Below, one piece after another: positions 39,771 to 49,540 of a DNA stretch of 64,000 nt. This stretch comes from Vicinamibacteria bacterium (GTDB lineage: Bacteria > Acidobacteriota > Vicinamibacteria > Marinacidobacterales > Marinacidobacteraceae). The stretch spans positions 2,368,001-2,432,000 of the forward strand of contig CAXXLQ010000004.1 in NCBI GenBank assembly GCA_963668695.2, given 5' to 3'. Below the pieces are notes generated by a model, which saw only the letters and a list, made by a program, of their open reading frames with translations, had not been told where the DNA came from and made no database searches. The position numbers and the translations under genes are program-made. Each line of letters begins with the position of its first letter. Within the stretch, counting starts at the first letter, position 1.

Positions 39771-40379
39771 ATGGCCGGCGGGATCCGGCGCTTCGCCGCA
39801 GTCGCGCTCTTGTCGCTTGGCCTGGCGGCGACGGCTGCGGGCGCGGAGTCCTGGAGTCTGACGTCGGGCGAGGTGCGGGTCCGGTGCCGCCTTACCGTCG
39901 GGGGGAGCTTCGACGCGGTCACATCGGCGATCTCCGGAACCCTCCGCGAGGAGGGAGCAGGCGGGCGCGGATATGCGGGACCGGTCCGGGTGAGACTCGA
40001 CTTGCTCGACACCGGCATTGGACTCCGAAATATCCATCTTCGTGAGAAGTACCTGGAAGTTGACAGGGGCGAGGCGTTCCGGGAGGCCGTCCTGACCGCC
40101 GTGGAGCTGGCCGCGCCGTTTCCGTCCGGAGCCCGGGGCCACGAAACGAGGTTTGCGGGATTGCTGTCGCTCCACGGGGTGGAGCGGAGGGTCGAGGGAG
40201 AGGCGCAACTCACCCGCCGGGAGGGACGCCTGCGGGTGGAGGCCGAGTTCCCGCTGAGCCTGGCGGACTTTGAGGTCCCGCCCCCCCGCTACCTCGGGGT
40301 GGGCGTGCGTGACGAACTCCGGATCACGGTCACCTTCGATGCCGCCATCGCTCCCTCTCCTCCGGGGGCGCCGCCGTGA
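39771..40379 (+). CDS. YceI-family protein
   Basis: Signal peptide; LDTGIGLRNIHLREKYL, LSLHGVER, LSLADF. Confidence 0.85.
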   Translation: MAGGIRRFAAVALLSLGLAATAAGAESWSLTSGEVRVRCRLTVGGSFDAVTSAISGTLREEGAGGRGYAGPVRVRLDLLDTGIGLRNIHLREKYLEVDRGEAFREAVLTAVELAAPFPSGARGHETRFAGLLSLHGVERRVEGEAQLTRREGRLRVEAEFPLSLADFEVPPPRYLGVGVRDELRITVTFDAAIAPSPPGAPP

Positions 40380-41524
40380 CGGGAACGCGAAGGCTTCGCG
40401 GGTACTTCTCCTTCGTCTTCGGTGCGGTGGTATCTGTCACGTGCTGGAACGCCGCGCCGGCGGTTGCGGAACCCACGTTTCTCTCGAAGCAATATCCGCG
40501 CTGCACTGCCTGCCACTACTCCCCCTCGGGGGGAGGACTCCTGACGCCGTACGGGCGTTCGCTATCGCGGGAGGAGATTTCGACCTTCGGCCGCCGGAGC
40601 GTTGCGGCGGCCGGGGAAGTCGCCCGGGCCGAGGAGGCATCCCTCTTCGGCGCCGTCCCGAACGACGTCCCGCTGCAGCTCGGGGTGGACCTCCGGCCCT
40701 CGCAGCTACGGATCGAGGTCGCCGGTCGCGACCTCCCCGACCGAAACTTCCTCATGAATCTGGATCTCCAGGCAGCCTGGCGGGCCGGGGAGTGGACCGC
40801 CTACGGCACGGTGGGGCGCCGGCCGGGCGGCGGCCTCGTGTCGTACGAACACTGGATTGCCCGGCAGGTCTCGGACCGGCTGAGCGTGCGGGGCGGGCGT
40901 TTCCTGCCGGCCTACGGAGTGCGCTTCGCCGATCACACGGCGCTTTCCCGAAACCGTCTGGGACTCGCCGAAGACGACCAGATCTACGGGGTGGAACTGG
41001 GACTCTCCACCGATCGCTCGCTGCTCCAGATGACGGTCGGGCCCGGTCGGGCGGAGTCGTTCGTGGACAACGACGGGAGACGGGCCCTCACCGTCAGCGG
41101 CCGCCTGCAGCGCGATCTCGGCTCTCGCACGGTTCTGGTGGGATCGGTTCTCTATCGCGGCGACGCCGCTAGGGCTCCCCGCAGCACTTCGGCGGGAGTC
41201 TCGTTCGGATACGCCCCGGTCCCCTGGCTGGTGACCTGGACCCAGGCGGATGCCCGGCTCCAGGACCCGGCGAGAGGCGATCGAACCATCATCCTCACCA
41301 ACCAGACGTCGGTCGAGGCGTGGCGCGGGATCTGGCTCCGGGTCTCGCCGCAGGTGTTCCGGGCATCGGGGGACCCCCGAGCCGAGATCCGCCGGATGGT
41401 CTACGGGCTGGACCTCTACCCTCGCACCCACTGGCACCTCAACCTGTCCTGGTACCGGGACCGGTTCGTGTCCGCCGGCCGGCTCGATACGCGACTGCTC
41501 GCGCAGTTGCACCTGTATTTGTAA
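40376..41524 (+). CDS. Beta-barrel protein with N-terminal CxxCH (Cyc2-like cytochrome-porin fusion)
   Basis: Signal peptide, then EPTFLSKQYPRCTACH...LTPYGR; amphipathic strands; C-terminal AQLHLYL. Confidence 0.65.
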   Translation: MTGTRRLRGYFSFVFGAVVSVTCWNAAPAVAEPTFLSKQYPRCTACHYSPSGGGLLTPYGRSLSREEISTFGRRSVAAAGEVARAEEASLFGAVPNDVPLQLGVDLRPSQLRIEVAGRDLPDRNFLMNLDLQAAWRAGEWTAYGTVGRRPGGGLVSYEHWIARQVSDRLSVRGGRFLPAYGVRFADHTALSRNRLGLAEDDQIYGVELGLSTDRSLLQMTVGPGRAESFVDNDGRRALTVSGRLQRDLGSRTVLVGSVLYRGDAARAPRSTSAGVSFGYAPVPWLVTWTQADARLQDPARGDRTIILTNQTSVEAWRGIWLRVSPQVFRASGDPRAEIRRMVYGLDLYPRTHWHLNLSWYRDRFVSAGRLDTRLLAQLHLYL

Positions 41525-41603
41525 CGAGGACCACCTGTCGCCGGGCGGTCCATCCGCTGCACGAAAGGCTGGGGCCGGGACGCTATTTGGTATGTTGCGG
41601 CCC

Positions 41604-42086
41604 ATGACGAGCACGCGAATGGTTTTCCTTCTCGTTCTGGTCGCCGGGGTCTTCGTTGGGTGCGGTTCTTCCGATGATTCGACTCCCGCGGCCCCGACGA
41701 CTCCACCGCCCTCCCCGCCGGCGCCAGCGCCTGCGCCCACACCCCCGCCCACACCCCCGGAAGACGTGCTGATGGCGACGTTTTCGAGTATCCAGGCGCT
41801 GGTCTTCGATCCCCGCTGCGTCGAGCACCATGGCGACCGCGAGGTGAAGGCCGGGCTCAACCTCAGTGAGGGGATGTCTTACGCGAATCTGGTGAACGTG
41901 CCGAGCAGCGAGGCGCCGCTCGATCTGGTGGAGCCCGGAGATGCGGAAAACAGCTACCTGATCCACAAGCTCGAAGGCCGGGTGGGTATCGTCGGGGGCC
42001 CGATGCCGCTCAGCGGGGATCCGCTCACCGCCGAGGAGATCGCGGTAATTCGGGACTGGATCGACGCCGGCGCCCCGAACGAGTAG
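41604..42086 (+). CDS. Lipoprotein with Pro-rich linker and cytochrome-c-like domain
   Basis: Lipobox FVGC; CVEHH; VEPGDAENSYLIHKL...PMP...IRDWIDAGA. Confidence 0.7.
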   Translation: MTSTRMVFLLVLVAGVFVGCGSSDDSTPAAPTTPPPSPPAPAPAPTPPPTPPEDVLMATFSSIQALVFDPRCVEHHGDREVKAGLNLSEGMSYANLVNVPSSEAPLDLVEPGDAENSYLIHKLEGRVGIVGGPMPLSGDPLTAEEIAVIRDWIDAGAPNE

Positions 42087-42580
42087 CAGCGGGTGGTGAA
42101 ACCCACGCGGCCCAGTTCTCCCGGCGGGGGCTCGGCCGGCGATCCGCCCGGCTGACAAAGCGCGTGAAGGAGGAGCCCCCACCGGGAGGAACCCTCATGA
42201 TCGGTCCGCCTGCGCACCCCGCCCATCATGAAAAAGGTGGTGCGGCACCCACGCTGACAGGGCACAGAGTTATCGGCGCCAGTTTTCGCGCTCCCACGCG
42301 ATGCCGGCCGGAGGCCGGCGCTCCAAGCCGTCCCCGCGCTTTTTCCGGTAGGGGCTCCCTGACCGGGGGGCTGCGCCTGTTGGGCTACGTGCCGAGAGGC
42401 GCGGCATCACGGAACCGGGAAGCACGCCGTCTCGCCCCGCTGCGCGGGACGGTGCCGGTGTGAAGCCCCCACCGGGAGAACTGGCCGGCGTTCCCGGGCC
42501 AGTGCGCTATCCGGGGTGTCGGCGTCCCCGCGGCCTCATTTTCGCAGCAACTGGGCCGCCTGGGTTTCACCAACGGCGGC
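42087..42580. repeat. Mosaic of MITE A fragments, REP-D copies and 18-mers
   Basis: MITE end directly after the TAG stop; REP-D at ~42281-42325 and ~42432-42495 (18-mer at 42467-42484); MITE-end relic at ~42550-42578. Confidence 0.65.
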
Positions 42581-42605
42581 CAAGTTCGAGGTGGCGTCCG
42601 TCGTC

Positions 42606-43010
42606 TCAGCCGTCCGTCCGGCTCCCGAGCAGGTGGATTGGGCCGGGGTAGCGTGCGACGGTCCGGTCGGCGGTCAGGAGGGTGATCCCCTCCACCTGGG
42701 CCTGGGCGATCAGGATCCGGTCGAACGGGTCCTTGTGGATGGGTGGCAGGTGGGCCACCGCGGCGGCGTGGGCGCTGGTGATGGGGAGTTCGAAACAGCC
42801 GACTTCGACCAGCGTGGTGCGGAGTACCTCGGGATCAACGAGGAAATCGGAACGTCCTGTCTGGGACTTGATGGCGACCTCCCAGATGGTCGCCGGGCTG
42901 AATACGGCTGCCGTGTCCGGCGATTCGAGCAAGGCGCGGAGTTCCGGGGTCCGCCGTCCGGGCACGCTGGTCGCCCACAGCAGGACGTGGGTGTCGAGCA
43001 GAAGCCTCAC
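42606..43010 (-). CDS. VapC/PIN toxin
   Basis: MRLLLDTHVLLW, TIWEVAIK, HKDPFDRILIAQA. Confidence 0.93.
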   Translation of the reverse strand: MRLLLDTHVLLWATSVPGRRTPELRALLESPDTAAVFSPATIWEVAIKSQTGRSDFLVDPEVLRTTLVEVGCFELPITSAHAAAVAHLPPIHKDPFDRILIAQAQVEGITLLTADRTVARYPGPIHLLGSRTDG

Positions 43011-43270
43011 CGGTCATCCTCGATCTTTCCTTTGTACTTGCCCTCGAACATCGCCTGTATCTCGTCGGCGCACATCGTGTCGAAGTCGTCCGGCACCTTG
43101 AACAGGCCGTCGAGACATCCCACGAGGCTCTTCTTCGGGGCTGCCGCCACGGCGGTCACGCGCACGAGCGGCTTTCCGGCGCGGGCGATGATGAACGGTT
43201 CTCCCTCCACGGCTTTTCGCACGAGACGCGACAAATGCGTCTTGGCTTCGTGCATGTTGACAGTGCGCAT
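43007..43270 (-). CDS. Phd/YefM antitoxin
   Basis: VNMHEAKTHLSRLV, IIARAGKP, VPDDFD; 4-bp overlap with the toxin. Confidence 0.93.
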   Translation of the reverse strand: MRTVNMHEAKTHLSRLVRKAVEGEPFIIARAGKPLVRVTAVAAAPKKSLVGCLDGLFKVPDDFDTMCADEIQAMFEGKYKGKIEDDR

Positions 43271-43711
43271 CGCGAACTCCCCCGGTTAGTCCACTGCGGT
43301 TAGTTTAGCGGCGAACCGAGAGCGCATCCCGCGGAAGCCGTGTTGTGCTCCCGTCGGCACTCGCGCCGGGGCTCCCGTTTACACTGCCGCCGCAGCACCG
43401 GCCCATCGGCAACCGGCGTCAAAACAATAGAAGCGTTGTCGGGACGCCCGCTGTCCGATTTGGGCTTCTTGGTGAGGTGGCTCAAGCGTGGAATGGCGAG
43501 GGCGAACGAGAACGAGTGGATCTTGGACAACTCACTGCTGAACGAAGGCATCAAGAAGCTTCCCAAGCCTCCGCAGAAGCTGGCCGGCATCGGTTTCCGT
43601 GCAGCGGTTCCATAGTTCCCTGACCAGACGCTGATGCGGACCTGGTGTACGCTCGGCGGCTGGCCGTGCGGCGGTGCGCCGAAGACCCGGGCGGCGACGG
43701 AGGCGACACCC

Positions 43712-46700
43712 ATGTTTGTTCCACTTGCATCGCACGGGGAGCGCCGGCGGGTTCGAAACGCCGGCCCCGGCTGGCTTCTTTTCTCCGCGTTCCTGCTGCT
43801 GGCCGCGGCGCCGGCCGCCTCCCAGACCGCCGAACAGGTGGACTCGGTCCTGAACCGGATCGAGTGGCGGAACATCGGACCCGCGATCATGGGCGGCCGC
43901 ATCGACGACTTCGCCGTCGTCGAGTCCGATCCCAAGGTGATGTGGGTCGCGACCGCCTCCGCCGGCGTCTGGAAGACCGAGAACTACGGGATTACCTGGA
44001 TCCCGCAGTTCCAGAACGAGGTGGTGTCCTCGATCGGTTCGATCGCGGTGGCGGCCTCCGATCCCTCGGTGGTCTGGGTGGGCAGCGGGGAGCCGGCGAA
44101 CCGGCAGAGCAGTTCCTGGGGGAATGGGGTGTACGTCTCCCGGGACGGCGGTACGACCTGGAGTCACCGGGGGCTCGATGACACCCACCACATCGGCCGG
44201 ATCCTGGTCCACCCGACCGATCCCGACACCGTGTACGTCGCCGCGCTCGGCCATCTCTGGGGCCCGAACGAGGAGCGCGGGGTCTTCCGGACCCGGGACG
44301 GCGGAGAGACCTGGGACCGGGTGCTCTACCACGACGAGAACACCGGCGCCGTGGACCTCGCGATGGATCCGGAGAGCCCCGACACCGTCTATGCGGCCCT
44401 TTACCAGCGGCGGCGGCGGGCCTACGGATTTGCCGGCGGCGGCCCGGGCAGCGGGATCCACCGCACCACCGACGGCGGGGACACCTGGATGAAGCTTGCC
44501 GGCGGCCTGCCCGAGGGCGACACCGGACGGATCGGCCTGAACGTCTATCGCGGCGACCCGAGGATCGTCTACGCCATCGTCGAGAACAAGGAGGGCGGCG
44601 TCTTCCGCTCCGAGGACAAGGGTCTGACCTGGGAGCGGATGAGCGACACGAACCCGCGGCCCATGTACTACAGCCAGATCCGCATCGACCCGAGCAACGA
44701 CCAGCGCATCTGGGTTCTCGATACCCAGATGTACTACTCCCAGGACGGCGGGCGAACCTTCGCCACCGACTGGGTCGAGGGCATCCATGTGGACCATCAC
44801 GCACTGTGGATCGATCCCGCCGACTCGAACCACATGGTCCTCGGGGGCGATGGGGGCATCCACATCTCTTGGGACCGGGGGCGCGCCTGGGATTTCGTGA
44901 ACACCATCCCGCTCGGGCAGTTCTACGAAGTCGGCCACGACATGAGCACCCCCTACCTGGTGTACGGGGGTCTCCAGGACAACGGGAGCTGGGCCGGCCC
45001 GTCGCGGACCTTGTTCCGGCAGGGGATCAGCAATGAGGACTGGTTCCGGGTCGGTGGCGGCGACGGTTTTTACACCCAAGTGGTCCCGGGAGACCCGGAC
45101 ACCGTTTACGTCGAGTCCCAAAATGGCAACGTCCGCCGGCTGAACCGCCGCACCTCGGAAACCAAGCTGATCCGCCCGCAGCCCGAAAACGGCGGCGAGC
45201 GCTACCGGTTCGACTGGAACAGTCCGATGGTGGTCTCACCGCACGATCCGGACACCGTGCTCTACGGCGGGAACCGGCTCTTCATCTCGACGAACCGCGG
45301 CGACACCTGGACCCGCACCGACGACCTCACGAAGCGCCTCGACCGGGACGAGTTGCCGATCATGGATGTCCCGGTCACCGACGACACCCTTTCGCGCCAC
45401 GACGGGATCTCGAGCTTCGGCCAGATCGTGACGATCGCCGTGTCCCCGGTCGAAGCGGGCGTCATCTACGTGGGCGCCGACGACGGCAATCTCCAGCGGA
45501 GCCGGGACGGCGGCGCGACCTGGGACAACCTGACCACAAACCTGCCCGGAGTCCCCGACCAGACCTACGTGACCCGGATCGTTGCCTCCGCGCACGCGGC
45601 CTCGCGGGTCTACGTAACCCTCGACGGGCACCGGAACGACGACTACGCCACCTACGCGTTCCTGAGCGACGACTACGGGGACAGCTTCCGCTCGATCGGC
45701 GGGACGCTGCCGGCGGAAGCCGCGCTGAACGTAATCCGCGAGCACCACGACAACGAGGACTTCCTGGTGGCCGGCGGCGAGTTCGGGGTGTACGTGACGC
45801 TGGACCGCGGGGCGAACTGGCACCGGATCGGAGGCCAGATCCCGACGGTGCCGGTGGATGACCTCGCGATTCACCCCCGCGAGAACGACCTGATCCTCGG
45901 GACCCACGGCCGGAGTGTCTGGATCGCCGACGACATCGCCCCGCTCACGACCCTCGACGCGGCGGTGTTCGAGAAGGATCTGCACCTCTTCCCGGTCCGG
46001 GACGCGGTCGCCTGGCGGATCTACAACCACAAGGGGAACACCGGCCACAAGTTCTTCATCGCCGAGAACCCTCCCGAGGGCGCGCTCCTCCACATCTACG
46101 CGGGCGCCGCCGGCGAGGCCGAGATCACCGTCAGCGGCGCGGGGGGCGACGCGGTGCGCACGCTGAAGGCCGAACTCGAGCCGGGGCTCAATCGGGCGAA
46201 CTGGGATCTGCGCCACGACTCCCCCGTTCCGGGGGCCGGCCAGGGCTCCCGCGGGCCGCCGCCCGGCCCGCGGGTGCTCCCGGGCGAGTACACGGTGCGG
46301 ATCGCGAGCGGAGACGCCTCGGCGGAGGGGTCCGTGCAGGTGGCCGAAGACCCCCGGATCCGGATTTCCGAGGCTGACCGCCGCGCCAACTACGACGCGC
46401 TGATGCGATTCACCGGGATGCTCTCCGGGATGAGCAGCGCGCACGAGGCGGCCGAGGCCACCGCCGGCGAGGCGGCGGAACTCGTGAAGGCCCTTGCGGA
46501 TGAGCCGGACAGCGAGTTGAAGACCCGGGTCGGCGACTTCCAGGAGGCGGCCGCGGAAGCGGCGAAGAACCTCTCCCGGAACGAAGGCCGCGAGGGATTC
46601 GGCGCCTGGCCGCGGCCGCTCTTTGCCCGGATCGGGGCGGAGGCCCGGAACCTCGACGCCTACACCGAGGCGCCGGATGCCGAGGTCCGCGCCCGGATCG

Positions 46701-46834
46701 ATTCGCTCGACGCCGAGTACGACGAGCGGATCGCCGCGTGGGAGGCGGTCCGGGGGCAGATCGACTCGCTGAACGACGCTCTCCGCGAGGGCGGGCCGCC
46801 GCGCCTTACGCCGCGGCCGGGTGGTGTGAACTGA
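43712..46834 (+). CDS. Secreted BNR/Asp-box (VPS10/sortilin-like) beta-propeller protein
   Basis: WRNIGP..MGGRI; many S/T-x-D-x-G-x-T-W repeats; FlgD-like and helical C-terminus. Confidence 0.88.
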   Translation: MFVPLASHGERRRVRNAGPGWLLFSAFLLLAAAPAASQTAEQVDSVLNRIEWRNIGPAIMGGRIDDFAVVESDPKVMWVATASAGVWKTENYGITWIPQFQNEVVSSIGSIAVAASDPSVVWVGSGEPANRQSSSWGNGVYVSRDGGTTWSHRGLDDTHHIGRILVHPTDPDTVYVAALGHLWGPNEERGVFRTRDGGETWDRVLYHDENTGAVDLAMDPESPDTVYAALYQRRRRAYGFAGGGPGSGIHRTTDGGDTWMKLAGGLPEGDTGRIGLNVYRGDPRIVYAIVENKEGGVFRSEDKGLTWERMSDTNPRPMYYSQIRIDPSNDQRIWVLDTQMYYSQDGGRTFATDWVEGIHVDHHALWIDPADSNHMVLGGDGGIHISWDRGRAWDFVNTIPLGQFYEVGHDMSTPYLVYGGLQDNGSWAGPSRTLFRQGISNEDWFRVGGGDGFYTQVVPGDPDTVYVESQNGNVRRLNRRTSETKLIRPQPENGGERYRFDWNSPMVVSPHDPDTVLYGGNRLFISTNRGDTWTRTDDLTKRLDRDELPIMDVPVTDDTLSRHDGISSFGQIVTIAVSPVEAGVIYVGADDGNLQRSRDGGATWDNLTTNLPGVPDQTYVTRIVASAHAASRVYVTLDGHRNDDYATYAFLSDDYGDSFRSIGGTLPAEAALNVIREHHDNEDFLVAGGEFGVYVTLDRGANWHRIGGQIPTVPVDDLAIHPRENDLILGTHGRSVWIADDIAPLTTLDAAVFEKDLHLFPVRDAVAWRIYNHKGNTGHKFFIAENPPEGALLHIYAGAAGEAEITVSGAGGDAVRTLKAELEPGLNRANWDLRHDSPVPGAGQGSRGPPPGPRVLPGEYTVRIASGDASAEGSVQVAEDPRIRISEADRRANYDALMRFTGMLSGMSSAHEAAEATAGEAAELVKALADEPDSELKTRVGDFQEAAAEAAKNLSRNEGREGFGAWPRPLFARIGAEARNLDAYTEAPDAEVRARIDSLDAEYDERIAAWEAVRGQIDSLNDALREGGPPRLTPRPGGVN

Positions 46835-46972
46835 CAACCCCTCGCGAAGCGCACCCTTCCCCAAGCGCACCCTTCCCCCTGCGCCGCTTCACCCCGTATG
46901 CTCACGCTGGCTGCCCTTCCCCACCGCCGTCCGAATGACGAAAACCCTTCCCACGCCCGGAGAAAATCGCAT

Positions 46973-48700
46973 ATGTCCCGTCTGCTTGACAAGAACCTGA
47001 GCCGCGCCGAGTTCCTGAAACTCTCGGGCGCCGCTGCCGCCGCGGGGCTCACCACCGCGGCCGGCTGCCAGCCGGCGGGATCGAGCCGTCCCGACCTGAT
47101 CGTGCATAACGCCCGGGTGTACACCTCGGAATACAGCGAGGGCGCCGAGATGATGGACCAGGCCGAAGCGTTCGCCGTCCAGCACGGGAAGTTCGTGGCG
47201 GTGGGTTCGAACGACGAGGTCATGAACCTCGCCGGGCCCGGGGTCGAGGTGGTGGACGCCGGCGGCATGGCGGTGACGCCGGGCTTCATCGACGCCCACT
47301 GCCACCCCGGCGGGATGCGCGACCTCTTCGAGGTCAATCTCGACGTCCGCACCATCGACGACATCAAGCTGGCGATCCGCGCCGCCGCCGCCGACACCCA
47401 GGCCGGCTACTGGGTGGACGGGTTCAAGTACGACGACACCAAGGTCACCGGCGAGAACGGGCAGTACCGCCGGATCACCAAGCAGGATCTCGACGAGGCG
47501 TCAACGGAGGTCCCGGTCCGGGTCTCCCACCGGGGCGGCCATATCTCCTGGTACAACTCGAAGGCCTTCGAGATGGCCGGCGTGGGCAACAACGTTGCCG
47601 ATCCGCCGGGCGGCCGGTACGAAAAGGACACGAACGGCGAGCTGACCGGCCTCGTGGAGGAGCGAGCCCAGGACGTGTTCCGCGGGGTTGGCCAGCGGCG
47701 GGTGTACGGCAGGCGGGAGTTCCAGCAGGGCGTCGCCCACATGTCGCAGCTGATGACCGCCGCCGGGATCACCGGTGTCCACCAGACCGGCGGAGACGCC
47801 GACGGCCTCCGCGCCCTCGAGGACGCCTACGCCGCCGGGGAGCTGCGCTACCGGATGTACTACTTCGCTTCCGGGAACTCGGACCTCTACAGCGGGCTGA
47901 AGGCCGCGGGGATCCACCGCGGGTTCGGGAACGAGTGGCTCCGGATCGGCGCGGTCAAGTACGGCGCCGACGGGTCGGCCTCCGGCCGCACCATGTACAT
48001 GAGCACGCCGTACGAGGGCACCGATGACCACGGCATCCTGACGATGACTCCGGAGGAGATCATGGAGGCGGTCGAGGATTCGCACGCCCACGACTTCCAC
48101 ATCGGGATCCACGCGAACGGCGACTTGACGATCGGTTACGTGCTCGACGCCTACGAAAAGGTGCTCGCGGAGGCGCCGCGGGACGCCCGCCACCGCCTTG
48201 AGCACTGCTCGCTGGTGAACCCGGAACTGCTCGCCCGGATCCGGGACACCGGCTCCATCCCCACTCCTTTCTGGACCTACGTCCACTACCACGGGAACAA
48301 GTGGGTGGAGTACGGCGAAGAGAAGATGAAGTGGATGTTCGCCCACAAATCCTTCCTCGACTACGACATCCCGGTCGCTGGGGCTTCCGACTACGTGCCG
48401 GGACCCTACGAGCCGATGATGGCGCTCCAGGCGATGGTGACCCGCAAGGACACCCAGGGCCGGGTGTGGGGCGACAACCAGAAGGTCTCGATGGACCAGG
48501 CGCTCCGGATCGGCACGATCAACGGCGCCCATGCGTCGTTCGAGGAGGACCTGAAGGGCAGCATCAAAGTCGGCAAGCTGGCGGACTTCGTGATACTCGA
48601 GCAGGATCCGCACGACCTGGCGGAGAACGATCCCGACCAGATCAAGCACATCGGCATCCACCAGACCGTCGTCGGCGGCAAAACCATGCACCAGGCCTAG
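46973..48700 (+). CDS. Amidohydrolase 3 (YtcJ-like), probable Tat lipoprotein
   Basis: PGFIDAHCH, ADGS, HANGD, HRLEH, ASD, GKLADF. Confidence 0.9.
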   Translation: MSRLLDKNLSRAEFLKLSGAAAAAGLTTAAGCQPAGSSRPDLIVHNARVYTSEYSEGAEMMDQAEAFAVQHGKFVAVGSNDEVMNLAGPGVEVVDAGGMAVTPGFIDAHCHPGGMRDLFEVNLDVRTIDDIKLAIRAAAADTQAGYWVDGFKYDDTKVTGENGQYRRITKQDLDEASTEVPVRVSHRGGHISWYNSKAFEMAGVGNNVADPPGGRYEKDTNGELTGLVEERAQDVFRGVGQRRVYGRREFQQGVAHMSQLMTAAGITGVHQTGGDADGLRALEDAYAAGELRYRMYYFASGNSDLYSGLKAAGIHRGFGNEWLRIGAVKYGADGSASGRTMYMSTPYEGTDDHGILTMTPEEIMEAVEDSHAHDFHIGIHANGDLTIGYVLDAYEKVLAEAPRDARHRLEHCSLVNPELLARIRDTGSIPTPFWTYVHYHGNKWVEYGEEKMKWMFAHKSFLDYDIPVAGASDYVPGPYEPMMALQAMVTRKDTQGRVWGDNQKVSMDQALRIGTINGAHASFEEDLKGSIKVGKLADFVILEQDPHDLAENDPDQIKHIGIHQTVVGGKTMHQA

Positions 48701-48858
48701 CGGTCCGCAAGGGGGGCGCCTCGACGGATTGGGATCCGGACATCAACTCTTCCGCGGGCATCGCCCCCCTTGCGAACCGCCAGGCGCTGCGCGCCTCAAA
48801 TCGGAACTCCCTGGTGCGCCTGAGGCGCACCGCGAGAAGTTCCGATTCCTGGTTGTCC

Positions 48859-49298
48859 TTTTGTGAAAGGGGGGATGCCCCCCTTTCACACTTTCCCCCC
48901 GGTCAGGCGGATGTCGAACCCTCCGGGTTCGCCGCCATTCGTCTTTTCCGACTGGTAGGGCGGGAGTCGTTTTGCGAAGGGGGGATGCCCTCCTTTCGCA
49001 CTTTCCCCCGGTCAGGCGGGCGTCGAACCCTCCGGGTTCACCGCCATTCGTCTTTTCCGACTGGTAGGGCGGGAGTCGTTTTGCGAAGGGGGGATGCCCC
49101 CCTTTCACACTTTCCCCCCGGTCAGGCGGATGTCGAACCCTCCGGGTTCGCCGCCATTCGTCTTTTCCGACTGGCAGGGCGGGAGTCGTTTTGCGAAGGG
49201 GGGATGCCCTCCTTTCGCACTCTTCCCCCGGTCAGGCGGGCGTCGAACCCTGCGGGTTCGCCGCCATTCATCTTTTTCGCGTCGCAGGGCGGGAGTCC
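48859..49298. repeat. Four tandem ~110-bp units (family C), ABAB pattern
   Basis: Units start at ~48859, 48970, 49079 and 49189. Confidence 0.85.
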
Positions 49299-49540
49299 GC
49301 TGTTGGGCCAGGAGCGCCGCTCTTCAGAGCGGCATTACGGCCGTAGGCCGGAGGATCACGACTACTTCGACAATCGGATGCCATAGCTGCCCGGGCTGAC
49401 CCCTGCACCGAACCCGCGGTACCCGGGAGCGACGCCTGCGGACGTGGGTCGCGCCCTGCTCGGGAAGAAACCCGTTGCCAAGTCACGCATGAAAACCCCC
49501 TATGATGCCGGCGGTTAGCTCACAACCTGGAGGTGGCACT

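Noticed and set aside
48301-49399. ORFs across the 110-bp array
   Set aside because: Shadow frames of the amidohydrolase plus repeat translation
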